A stretch of 6,541 nucleotides of DNA. It comes from a virus. Taxonomy: Duplodnaviria; Heunggongvirae; Uroviricota; Caudoviricetes. Position 1 is the first letter of the stretch, and every line of letters starts with the position of its first letter. This document shows, in pieces, positions 1 through 6,162 of the stretch. The translations under genes and the position numbers were made by a program. The notes below the pieces were generated by a model. That model was not told the origin of the DNA, ran no database searches, and saw only the letters and a list, made by a program, of their open reading frames with translations. The stretch lies in the IMG/VR virus record IMGVR_UViG_2740892230_000002, one strand, 5' to 3'.

Positions 1-259
1 TTGGCTGTGGGATTATGCCAACCGCTCACAGGCATTGTTCCGTGAGTTGTATCCCGCATTAAAACTGATTCAGTCTGGCTATTCCGGCATATGCCACGAC
101 TACGGCTATGAGTTCTCGTATATCATCGGGAGGGCGAGGGGCGTTTTAATTAATCACACGCGGGATATAGATATTTATGAGCCTGACGGGCCGACGAACC
201 TTCTGGCATGGGAAAGGCTTAAGAACAAAGAGTTGCCGCCTTCACTGCATCGCTACTGA
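1..259 (+). CDS. 3' end of a phage protein of unknown function; open from the left window edge (frame starts at nt 2), stop TGA 257-259
   Basis: Frame is open from nt 2 to 259 with no stop; the 35 start in the ORF track is a TTG inside a longer open frame. A strong terminator follows immediately. Product not recognised. Confidence 0.45.
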   Translation, partial: WLWDYANRSQALFRELYPALKLIQSGYSGICHDYGYEFSYIIGRARGVLINHTRDIDIYEPDGPTNLLAWERLKNKELPPSLHRY

Positions 260-272
260 CAATTGACAACTT

Positions 273-303
273 AAAAAACCCAGCTTCGGCTGGGTTTTTT
301 ATT
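273..303 (+). terminator. Rho-independent terminator (possibly bidirectional)
   Basis: Perfect hairpin CCCAGC-ttcg-GCTGGG (279-294) followed by T6 (295-300) and preceded by A6 (273-278), 14 nt after the upstream stop. Confidence 0.8.
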
Positions 304-333
304 GCTGAATTTTCAATGTGAGAGGACATGACA

Positions 334-735
334 ATGCTTTTAATTCAACCTGGATTTGGCCTTAGCATCAAAAAAGGGCACATGTTTGGCGAGAAAGAGT
401 CTCAACGAAAAATGGTGTCTATCCGGTTGCCATTTATCAGTATTTATTGGCTAAACAGGGAGGCAACAAATTATTGGTATACCTGCGCCAGAGCAGCATT
501 TAACGACCCTGACTGGTTTGTGAAAAACCACCACGCAGTTCGTCAGGCAAAGAGAAAGGCCAACATGACATACATGAAGGCGTATAAAAAAGCATGGAAA
601 GAACACCGCGACCGATACCAGCAAGACATGGAAAAGCTTGAATCAGAAAACATGGAATTAAGACGAAAGCTCGGTGAAGCAAAACGAGACATTGATGCTT
701 ACAAGCGACTTTTTAATGGTGAAAGCCATGCTTAG
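334..735 (+). CDS. Hypothetical phage protein at the ninE position, basic C-terminal half with coiled-coil character
   Basis: ORF 328-735 in track; GAGGA at 322-326 is 7 nt from ATG 334 (only 1 nt from ATG 328). Stop TAG 733-735 overlaps the ninF ATG at 728, suggesting translational coupling. No antisense competitor of similar quality. Product not recognised. Confidence 0.5.
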   Translation: MLLIQPGFGLSIKKGHMFGEKESQRKMVSIRLPFISIYWLNREATNYWYTCARAAFNDPDWFVKNHHAVRQAKRKANMTYMKAYKKAWKEHRDRYQQDMEKLESENMELRRKLGEAKRDIDAYKRLFNGESHA

Positions 736-904
736 TCCATCCCAATCCCTTCAATACCAGAAAGAAAGCGTCGAGCGGGCTTTAACGTGCGCTAACTGCG
801 GTCAGAAGCTGCATGTGCTGGAAGTTCACGTGTGCTCCGATTGCTGCGCAGAACTGATGAGCGATCCGAATAGCTCAATGTACGAGGAAGAAGACGATGA
901 ATGA
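728..904 (+). CDS. ninF: NinF-like protein (58 aa)
   Basis: Translation from the internal ATG at 728 (MLSPSQSLQYQKESVERALTCANCGQKLHVLEVHVC...AELMSDPNSSM.EEEDD) is near-identical to lambda NinF as I recall it; CxxC...C..C pattern. Stop overlaps the next gene's start. Confidence 0.85.
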   Translation: MLSPSQSLQYQKESVERALTCANCGQKLHVLEVHVCSDCCAELMSDPNSSMYEEEDDE

Positions 905-1619
905 GTTAATAAATGGCAATGCCATCAAAATGACAAGCATTGAAATCGCTGAGTTGGTGGGTAAGCGTCATGACAATGTGAAACGTACCATCGAAACGCT
1001 GGCTAAAAATGGTGTTATCCGGCTTCCTCAAATTGAGGTTTCCGAAAGAATCAATAACTTAGGGTTCAATGTTCAGTACGAGCATTACGTCTTCGAAGGC
1101 GAACAAGGAAAGCGAGACAGTATTGTCGTTGTAGCCCAGCTGTCGCCGGAATTCACCGCTCGTCTTGTTGACCGCTGGCGAGAGCTTGAAGAAGCTGCGG
1201 TTAATATCCCCAAAACGCTACCGGAAGCGTTGCGCCTTGCTGCTGATCTTGCTGAGCAGAAAATGCAGCTGGAAAACCAGCTCGCAATTGCCGCACCTAA
1301 AGTTGAGTTTGCCGATCGCGTTGGCGAGGCCAGCGGAATTTTGATTGGAAACTATGCAAAGGTTGTTGGAATTGGTCCAAACAAACTGTTTGCGTGGATG
1401 CGCGATCACAAAATCCTTATTGCTTCAGGTTCCCGGCGCAATGTGCCAATGCAGGAATATATGGATCGCGGCTATTTCACAGTGAAAGAAACAGCGGTCA
1501 ACACAAATCACGGAATACAGATATCGTTCACCACAAAAATCACCGGGCGTGGTCAACAGTGGCTGACCAGAAAGCTGCTCGATAACGGAATGCTGAAAGT
1601 AACAGGGGAGGCTGCTTAA
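897..1619 (+). CDS. Phage antirepressor, Rha-type N-terminal domain with KilAC/Ant-type C-terminal domain
   Basis: 240-aa ORF; N-terminus has the Rha-family signature (MTSIEIAELVGKRHDNVKRTIETL); C-terminal half resembles KilA-C/Ant domains. Start ATG 897 overlaps the ninF stop; stop TAA 1617-1619 overlaps the next ATG (TAATG). Confidence 0.8.
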   Translation: MNELINGNAIKMTSIEIAELVGKRHDNVKRTIETLAKNGVIRLPQIEVSERINNLGFNVQYEHYVFEGEQGKRDSIVVVAQLSPEFTARLVDRWRELEEAAVNIPKTLPEALRLAADLAEQKMQLENQLAIAAPKVEFADRVGEASGILIGNYAKVVGIGPNKLFAWMRDHKILIASGSRRNVPMQEYMDRGYFTVKETAVNTNHGIQISFTTKITGRGQQWLTRKLLDNGMLKVTGEAA

Positions 1620-1909
1620 TGGCTAACCTACGCAAAGAAGCGCGCGGCAGAGAATGCCAGGTTCGTATTTACGGCATATGCAATGGTAATCCTGAAACTA
1701 CAGTTCTGGCACATTACCGGATGGCTGGAATTTGCGGAACTGGAATGAAGCCTGAAGACCTGATCGGCGCATGGGCTTGTAGCGCGTGTCACGATGAAAT
1801 CGACAGACGCACCCATAATCTCGACAACAAAGACGCCAGACTTTACCACCTCGAAGGCGTGATCAGGACGCAGGCGATACTGCTGAAGGAGGGGAAGATT
1901 AAGTCATGA
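1619..1909 (+). CDS. ybcO: YbcO-like DUF1364 protein (putative Zn-binding nuclease)
   Basis: 96-aa ORF (MANLRKEARGRECQVRIYGICNGNPETTVLAHYR...ACSACHDEIDRRTH) closely resembles E. coli DLP12 YbcO as recalled. RBS AGGGGAGG at 1603-1610. Stop overlaps the rusA start (ATGA). Confidence 0.8.
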   Translation: MANLRKEARGRECQVRIYGICNGNPETTVLAHYRMAGICGTGMKPEDLIGAWACSACHDEIDRRTHNLDNKDARLYHLEGVIRTQAILLKEGKIKS

Positions 1910-2220
1910 ACGAATATCAGTTTGTGCTTCCATACCCGCCGTCGCTGAACACCTACTGGCGAAGACGGGGAAGCCAATACTACATCAGCGATAAAGGCCA
2001 GAAATACCGAAAAGACGTTCAGCAAATCATCCGCCAACTCAAGTTAGACATTTTCACCAAATCACGACTCCGCATCAAAGTAATCGCAGACGTTCCAGAC
2101 TCCCGCCGCCGCGACCTCGATAACATCCTGAAAGGTTTACTCGACTCCCTTATCCACGCCGGATTTGCGGAAGACGACGAGCAATTCGATGACATTCGCG
2201 TAATTCGTGGTGTGAAAGTA
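1906..2220 (+). CDS. rusA: RusA Holliday-junction resolvase; 3' end lost in a scaffold gap
   Basis: Translation (MNEYQFVLPYPPSLNTYWRRRG...RRRDLDNILKGLLDSL...) parallels E. coli RusA (LPWPPS..N.YYR, RRRDLDN motif). Interrupted by the N-run at 2221-2230 after about 105 codons. Confidence 0.85.
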
Positions 2221-2230
2221 NNNNNNNNNN
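2221..2230. other. Scaffold gap (10 N)
   Basis: Run of 10 n; the sequence to its right restarts inside ninF, a gene already present at 728-904. Confidence 0.95.
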
Positions 2231-2231
2231 T

Positions 2232-2300
2232 GAGCACTGCTGCGCAGAGCTGATGAGCGATTCGAATAGCTCGATGCACGAGGAAGAAGATGATGGCTAA
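2232..2300 (+). CDS. ninF: NinF 3' fragment, second allele
   Basis: Encodes [22 protein letters not shown], which is the NinF C-terminus. It differs from the 838-904 copy by SNPs and ends with GGC TAA rather than GAA TGA. Partial because it begins at a gap. Confidence 0.7.
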
Positions 2301-2432
2301 ACCAGCGCGAAGACGATGTAAAAACGATGAATGTCGGGAATGGTTTCACCCTGCATTCGCTAATCAGTGGTGGTGCTCTCCAGAGTGTGGAACCAAGATA
2401 GCACTCGAACGACGAAGCAAAGAACGCGAAAA
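2293..2432 (+). CDS. ninG: NinG (Rap-like recombination protein) 5' fragment, allele 1; truncated by gap
   Basis: [46 protein letters not shown] matches the lambda NinG N-terminus as recalled. ATG 2293 overlaps the NinF-fragment stop. Confidence 0.75.
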
Positions 2433-2442
2433 NNNNNNNNNN
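2433..2442. other. Scaffold gap (10 N)
   Basis: Run of 10 n; flanked on both sides by variant copies of the ninG 5' region. Confidence 0.95.
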
Positions 2443-2443
2443 A

Positions 2444-3040
2444 CCAGCGCGAAGGAAATGCAAAATCTGTAAGGAATGGTTTCACCCGGCATTCTCAAAT
2501 CAGTGGTGGTGCAGCCCGGAACACGGAACTCAATTAGCACTCGAACGACGAAGCAAAGAACGCGAAAAAGCGGAAAAGGCAGCAGAGAAGAAACGACGAC
2601 GAGAGGAGCAGAAACAGAAAGATAAACTTAAGATTCGAAAACTCGCCTTAAAGCCCCGCAGTTACTGGATTAAACAAGCCCAACAAGCCGTAAACGCCTT
2701 CATCAGAGAAAGAGACCGCGACTTACCATGTATCTCGTGCGGAACGCTCACGTCTGCTCAGTGGGATGCCGGACATTACCGGACAACTGCTGCGGCACCT
2801 CAACTCCGATTTGATGAACGCAATATTCACAAGCAATGCGTGGTGTGCAACCAGCACAAAAGCGGAAATCTCGTTCCGTATCGCGTCGAACTGATTAGCC
2901 GCATCGGGCAGGAAGCAGTAGAGGAAATCGAATCAAACCATAACCGCTATCGCTGGACTGTCGAAGAGTGCAGGGCCATCAAGGCGGAGTATCAACAGAA
3001 ACTTAAAAAACTGCGAAACAGCAGAAGTGAGGTTGCATGA
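2444..3040 (+). CDS. ninG: NinG (Rap-like recombination protein), allele 2; 5' end lost in gap
   Basis: Frame is open from 2444 to stop TGA 3038-3040 (the ORF track shows only the ATG-initiated tail, 2840-3040). Translation ([29 protein letters not shown]...CISCG...[11 protein letters not shown]...) matches lambda NinG across its length. Stop overlaps the ninI start. Confidence 0.85.
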   Translation, partial: PARRKCKICKEWFHPAFSNQWWCSPEHGTQLALERRSKEREKAEKAAEKKRRREEQKQKDKLKIRKLALKPRSYWIKQAQQAVNAFIRERDRDLPCISCGTLTSAQWDAGHYRTTAAAPQLRFDERNIHKQCVVCNQHKSGNLVPYRVELISRIGQEAVEEIESNHNRYRWTVEECRAIKAEYQQKLKKLRNSRSEVA

Positions 3041-3702
3041 ATATCTACGAAAGAATTGATGGCAGCAAATACCGAAATATTTGGGTAGTTGGCGATCTGC
3101 ACGGATGCTACACGAACCTGATGAAAAAACTGGAGACGATAGGATTCGACACCAAAAAAGACCTGCTTATCTCGGTGGGCGATTTGGTTGATCGCGGTAC
3201 AGAGAACGTAGAATGCCTGGAATTAATCACATTCCCCTGGTTCAGAGCTGTACGTGGAAACCATGAGCAAATGATGATTGATGGCTTATCAGAGCGTGGA
3301 AACGTCAATCACTGGCTGCTTAATGGCGGTGGCTGGTTCTTTAATCTCGATTACGACAAAGAAATTCTGGCTAAAGCTCTTGCCCATAAAGCAGATGAAC
3401 TTCCGTTAATCATCGAACTGGTGAGTAAAGGAAAAAAATATGTCATCTGCCATGCCGATTATCCTTGTGATAAATACGAGTTTGGAAAGCCAGTTGATCA
3501 TCAGCAGGTAATCTGGAACCGCGAACGAATCAGCAACTCACAAGACGGGATCGTGAAAGAAATCAAAGGCGCGGACACGTTCATCTTTGGTCATACGCCA
3601 GCAGTGAAGCCACTCAAATTTGCCAACCAGATGTATATCGATACTGGCGCAGTGTTCTGCGGAAACCTCACATTGATTCAGGTACAGGGAGAAGGCGCAT
3701 GA
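3037..3702 (+). CDS. ninI: Lambda-type Ser/Thr protein phosphatase (NinI, 221 aa)
   Basis: 221-aa ORF with metallophosphatase motifs GDLHG, GDLVDRG, GNHE; near-identical to lambda protein phosphatase as recalled. ATGA overlaps with ninG upstream and Q downstream. Confidence 0.9.
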   Translation: MNIYERIDGSKYRNIWVVGDLHGCYTNLMKKLETIGFDTKKDLLISVGDLVDRGTENVECLELITFPWFRAVRGNHEQMMIDGLSERGNVNHWLLNGGGWFFNLDYDKEILAKALAHKADELPLIIELVSKGKKYVICHADYPCDKYEFGKPVDHQQVIWNRERISNSQDGIVKEIKGADTFIFGHTPAVKPLKFANQMYIDTGAVFCGNLTLIQVQGEGA

Positions 3703-3849
3703 GACTCGAAAGCGTAGCTAAATTTCATTCGCCAAAAAGCCCGATGATGAGCGACTCACCACGGGCCACGGCTTCTGACTCTCTTTCCGGTACTGATGTG
3801 ATGGCTGCTATGGGGATGGCGCAATCACAAGCCGGATTCGGAATGGCTG
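3699..3849 (+). CDS. Q: Late antiterminator Q, 5' part (first 50 codons); interrupted by gap
   Basis: [50 protein letters not shown] matches the lambda Q N-terminus as recalled. The frame is broken by the 10-N run at 3850. Confidence 0.85.
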
Positions 3850-3859
3850 NNNNNNNNNN
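3850..3859. other. Scaffold gap (10 N)
   Basis: Run of 10 n; followed by a 71-bp variant copy of the ninI 3' end. Confidence 0.95.
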
Positions 3860-3930
3860 ACCACTCAAGTTTGCCAACCAGATGTATATAGATACCGGCG
3901 CAGTGTTCTGCGGAAACCTCACATTGATTC
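3860..3930 (+). repeat. 71-bp near-duplicate of the ninI 3' end (allelic scaffold fragment)
   Basis: Matches 3607-3677 with about 3 mismatches; encodes [23 protein letters not shown]; bounded by N-runs on both sides. Confidence 0.7.
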
Positions 3931-3940
3931 NNNNNNNNNN
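3931..3940. other. Scaffold gap (10 N)
   Basis: Run of 10 n. Confidence 0.95.
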
Positions 3941-3997
3941 CATTCTGCGGTAAGCATGAACTAAGCCAGAACGACAAACAAAAGGCTATCAACTATC
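3941..3997 (+). repeat. 57-bp internal Q fragment, variant allele
   Basis: Encodes AFCGKHELSQNDKQKAINY (Q residues about 51-69); differs by about 4 SNPs from the copy at 4008-4064; bounded by N-runs. Confidence 0.7.
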
Positions 3998-4007
3998 NNN
4001 NNNNNNN
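3998..4007. other. Scaffold gap (10 N)
   Basis: Run of 10 n. Confidence 0.95.
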
Positions 4008-4009
4008 TA

Positions 4010-4480
4010 TTCTGTGGTAAGCACGAACTCAGCCAGAACGACAAACAAAAGGCTATCAACTATCTGATGCAATTTGCACACAAGGTATCGGGGAAATACC
4101 GTGGTGTGGCAAAGCTTGAAGGAAATACTAAGGCAAAGGTACTGCAAGTGCTCGCAACATTCGCTTATGCGGATTATTGCCGTAGTGCCGCTACGCCGGG
4201 CGCAAGATGCAGAGATTGCCACGGTACAGGCCGTGCGGTTGATATAGCCAAAACAGAGCAGTGGGGGATAGTTGCTGAGAAAGAGTGCGGAAGATGTAAA
4301 GGCGTCGGTTATTCAAGAATGCCAGCAAGCGCCGCATATCGCGCTGTGACGATGCTAATCCCAAACCTTACCCAACCCACCTGGTCACGCACTGTTAAGC
4401 CGCTGTATGACGCTCTGGTTGTGCAATGCCACAAGGAAGAGTCAATCGCAGACAACATTTTGAATGCGATCACACGTTAG
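4010..4480 (+). CDS. Q: Late antiterminator Q, 3' part (about 156 codons); 5' end lost in gap
   Basis: Frame is open from 4010 to stop TAG 4478-4480. Translation (FCGKHELSQNDKQKAINYLMQFAHKVSGKYRGVAKLEG...CRDCHGTGR...CGRCKGVGY...QCHKEESIADNILNAITR) matches lambda Q including the Zn-binding cysteines. The 50 codons at 3699-3849 plus this part sum to the 207-aa lambda Q length. Confidence 0.85.
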   Translation, partial: FCGKHELSQNDKQKAINYLMQFAHKVSGKYRGVAKLEGNTKAKVLQVLATFAYADYCRSAATPGARCRDCHGTGRAVDIAKTEQWGIVAEKECGRCKGVGYSRMPASAAYRAVTMLIPNLTQPTWSRTVKPLYDALVVQCHKEESIADNILNAITR

Positions 4481-4522
4481 CGCCATGATTGCCACGGATG
4501 GCAACATATTAACGGCATAATA

Positions 4523-4556
4523 TTGACTTTTTGAATAACTTTGGGGAAACTTGACA
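4523..4556 (+). promoter_or_regulatory. pR'-like late promoter with Q-utilisation (qut) region
   Basis: TTGACT (4523-4528), 18 nt, AAACTT, then TTGACA (4551-4556), 43 nt after the Q stop. The string TTGACTtTTTGAATAAcTTTGGGgAAAcTTGAC parallels lambda pR'/qut as recalled. The -10 is weak by consensus, as expected for a Q-dependent promoter. Confidence 0.5.
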
Positions 4557-4692
4557 CCAATAATGGGCGTTTTTTACATGTCATTGATGAGTCTCAATAA
4601 CCTGCCGCCGAGTAGTTTTTATGCTCTGAATTGTATTTGTGTAGTAAACATGCTGACTGCAATGTAATAGAGTTTTTTTAGCCTGTAACCTC

Positions 4693-4722
4693 TTGACGGC
4701 ATTGAATTGCTTTTGTTATGAG
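4693..4722 (+). promoter_or_regulatory. Candidate sigma70 promoter in front of the membrane-protein gene
   Basis: TTGACG (4693-4698), 18 nt, TATGAG (4717-4722); inspection only. If real, the ATG at 4718 lies in the -10 and cannot be the start codon. Confidence 0.25.
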
Positions 4723-4759
4723 TTGTAAGCCAATGTTATCATCTTGTATTGGGGTGGTT

Positions 4760-5476
4760 ATGAAGGATGGTGCGCTGCTCAGGAGTTCTTCACTTTTTAT
4801 TGCCTACATGGGATGCCTTGGATGGGGGAGTGCTTATTTCTATGGATGGGGTACTTCTTTTTACTACGGCTTCCCATGGTGGATTGTAGGTGCAGGTGTT
4901 GATGATGTTGCCAGAAGTTTATTTTTTGCAGTTATCGTCATTGCTATATTTCTTATCGGTTGGGGTATTGGTGTTGTATTCTTTTTCGCAGTGAAAAGAA
5001 AACATTCTATGCAAGAGCTAAATGTATTTCGCCTTTATTTTGCTGTGGAATTATTGTTTGTGCCGGCAATTATTGAGTTTTCTATATTGAGACAGAAGAT
5101 TCAGGTACCTCTTTTGCTACTGTCAGCAGCGATTGCGCTGGCGGTTACAATTTCGATAAGATCTTATGGGCGATTTTTATCGGTATCATGCTTCTATGAT
5201 AAGCCATTTATAAAAAAACATTTTTTTGAGATTGTGATGATTGCTTTTGTGGCATATTTCTGGCTTTTTTCATTTCTGACAGGATATTACAAACCGCAGT
5301 TTAAGAAAGAATATGAAATGATTAATTATAATGATGGTTGGTATTATGTTCTTGCTCGTTATGATAATTGTCTGGTTTTGTCTACTTCTTTCAATGCAGG
5401 TAGTAAAAGGTTTGTCATTTATCAATCAGCACAAGATAAGAATCTTCAGGTTGATATTGTAAGGACCAGAATTTAA
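4760..5476 (+). CDS. Uncharacterised integral membrane protein (about 5 predicted TM helices and a roughly 60-aa C-terminal soluble domain); AT-rich cargo gene
   Basis: Long ORF (track 4718-5476) with no competing antisense ORF. Five hydrophobic stretches rich in W/F/Y and GxxxG-like motifs (GWGSAYFYGWG, LIGWGIGVVFFF), then a polar C-terminus (YNDGWYYVLARYDNCLVLSTSFNAGSKRF...). Start preferred at ATG 4760 (GGGG at 4751-4754, 5-nt spacing); 4718 and 4733 are alternatives. Noticeably lower GC by eye than the flanking phage genes. No family recognised. Confidence 0.65.
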   Translation: MKDGALLRSSSLFIAYMGCLGWGSAYFYGWGTSFYYGFPWWIVGAGVDDVARSLFFAVIVIAIFLIGWGIGVVFFFAVKRKHSMQELNVFRLYFAVELLFVPAIIEFSILRQKIQVPLLLLSAAIALAVTISIRSYGRFLSVSCFYDKPFIKKHFFEIVMIAFVAYFWLFSFLTGYYKPQFKKEYEMINYNDGWYYVLARYDNCLVLSTSFNAGSKRFVIYQSAQDKNLQVDIVRTRI

Positions 5477-5609
5477 TTGGCTGCATAAATAATATTTTAA
5501 GTTGCAAGTTGGCTATTCGTAGGAATAGAACCTTAGGCATGCTGAATGCGTTTTCTGAACATTGTTTTATAAACTGTGTCTGCTTGCTGTTGTGATCCTG
5601 CTTTTAGTG

Positions 5610-5720
5610 ATGGTGATGATGGATTTCACCAGCAGGATAATGTTGGTACTGACTGATGGCGCTCTGGTCTGCGGCATTGTGGTATTGCTGTGGCCGATGA
5701 TGAAAGAACAGAATGAATAA
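5610..5720 (+). CDS. Possible 36-aa small hydrophobic protein (single TM helix, acidic/polar tail)
   Basis: ATG 5610 to TAA 5718-5720 encodes MVMMDFTSRIMLVLTDGALVCGIVVLLWPMMKEQNE. No convincing Shine-Dalgarno, and the start lies in a GTGATG tandem repeat; below the ORF-track size cutoff. Confidence 0.2.
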   Translation: MVMMDFTSRIMLVLTDGALVCGIVVLLWPMMKEQNE

Positions 5721-5906
5721 TTCTTGACTTTTTTGTTTACTGTTTATTAAAAAACCAACCGCATGGTGAATCCTCCTTGGAGGGGCTAAATGATCGAGTT
5801 TTAAGGGCACGTAGCGAGTTCTGTTTGATCATTGCAGAACTTAGCGGGAGGCGCCATGCGTACATCACTAATGTTATTTCCTTCTATCATTTTCCTTGTG
5901 AGTTCT

Positions 5907-5933
5907 GGCTGCGCATGGCGCGGCCTTTTTTTT
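5907..5933 (+). terminator. Rho-independent terminator
   Basis: GGCTGCGC-atg-GCGCGGCC, an 8-bp stem (one G·U pair in RNA), followed by T8 (5926-5933). A variant of the same element recurs at 6382-6406. Confidence 0.75.
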
Positions 5934-5938
5934 ATGAC

Positions 5939-5951
5939 CTGCCACTGGCAG
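5939..5951. promoter_or_regulatory. Perfect 13-bp palindrome CTGCCACTGGCAG within a larger TGACC...GGTCA inverted repeat; candidate protein-binding site
   Basis: CTGCCA-C-TGGCAG is its own reverse complement. It is flanked by TGACC (5935-5939) and GGTCA (5954-5958) and is conserved in the second copy (6412-6424). It sits directly after the terminator T-tract. Confidence 0.35.
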
Positions 5952-6122
5952 ATGGTCATCCTGTGATTTGATTCCGGTTCCGGCTTTTTAACTCTGTTCC
6001 TGTACACGGGAGAAATTCTATGTCGATTAATCGTTATGATATTGGTTACAAGAAGTACCACGTATTGTGTTGAGATAGAAAGCCTGGTGCCAGAGGTAAA
6101 TGCAGCAGCATAATAAAAAAGA

Positions 6123-6162
6123 GCCAGCGCAGAAGAGAACGGGTAAAAGAGTCTGCGCTGGC
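6123..6162 (-). terminator. Terminator-like hairpin readable on the minus strand
   Basis: 11-bp perfect inverted repeat GCCAGCGCAGA / TCTGCGCTGGC (6123-6133 and 6152-6162) with an 18-nt loop; on the minus strand the stem is followed by CTTTTTTATTAT. A second small hairpin GGGG-atatt-CCCC lies at 6165-6177. Confidence 0.35.

Noticed and set aside
263-268. Perfect -35 consensus TTGACA just upstream of the terminator at 273-303
   Set aside because: No acceptable -10 at 16-18 nt spacing; the downstream bases are the terminator stem.
500-682. 60-aa minus-strand ORF
   Set aside because: Antisense to, and fully inside, the better-supported plus-strand ORF 334-735; no RBS noted; likely a chance frame.
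1218-1409. 63-aa minus-strand ORF, and the 1394-1585 plus-strand alternate-frame ORF
   Set aside because: Both lie inside the antirepressor gene, whose frame carries recognisable Rha/KilAC features; these are shadow ORFs.
1628-2463. Minus-strand ORFs 1628-1849, 1843-2037, 2019-2279 and 2137-2463
   Set aside because: Antisense to ybcO, rusA and ninG, whose plus-strand translations are recognisable; two of them also read through N-runs.
3108-3308. 66-aa minus-strand ORF
   Set aside because: Antisense inside the ninI phosphatase gene, which has clear metallophosphatase motifs on the plus strand.
3725-4222. Minus-strand ORFs 3725-3943 and 3989-4222
   Set aside because: Antisense to Q and spanning scaffold gaps; their translations include N-derived X residues.
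5856-5966. 36-aa plus-strand ORF with a lipoprotein-like N-terminus (MRTSLMLFPSIIFLVSSGC...) after GGGAGG
   Set aside because: The frame runs straight through the terminator hairpin and T-tract, and the second copy (6346 onward) has a 1-nt indel that destroys the frame; more likely non-coding leader sequence.
5777-5971. 64-aa plus-strand ORF
   Set aside because: Starts at a TTG inside the CCTCC/GGAGG inverted repeat and reads through the intrinsic terminator; not conserved in frame in the second copy.
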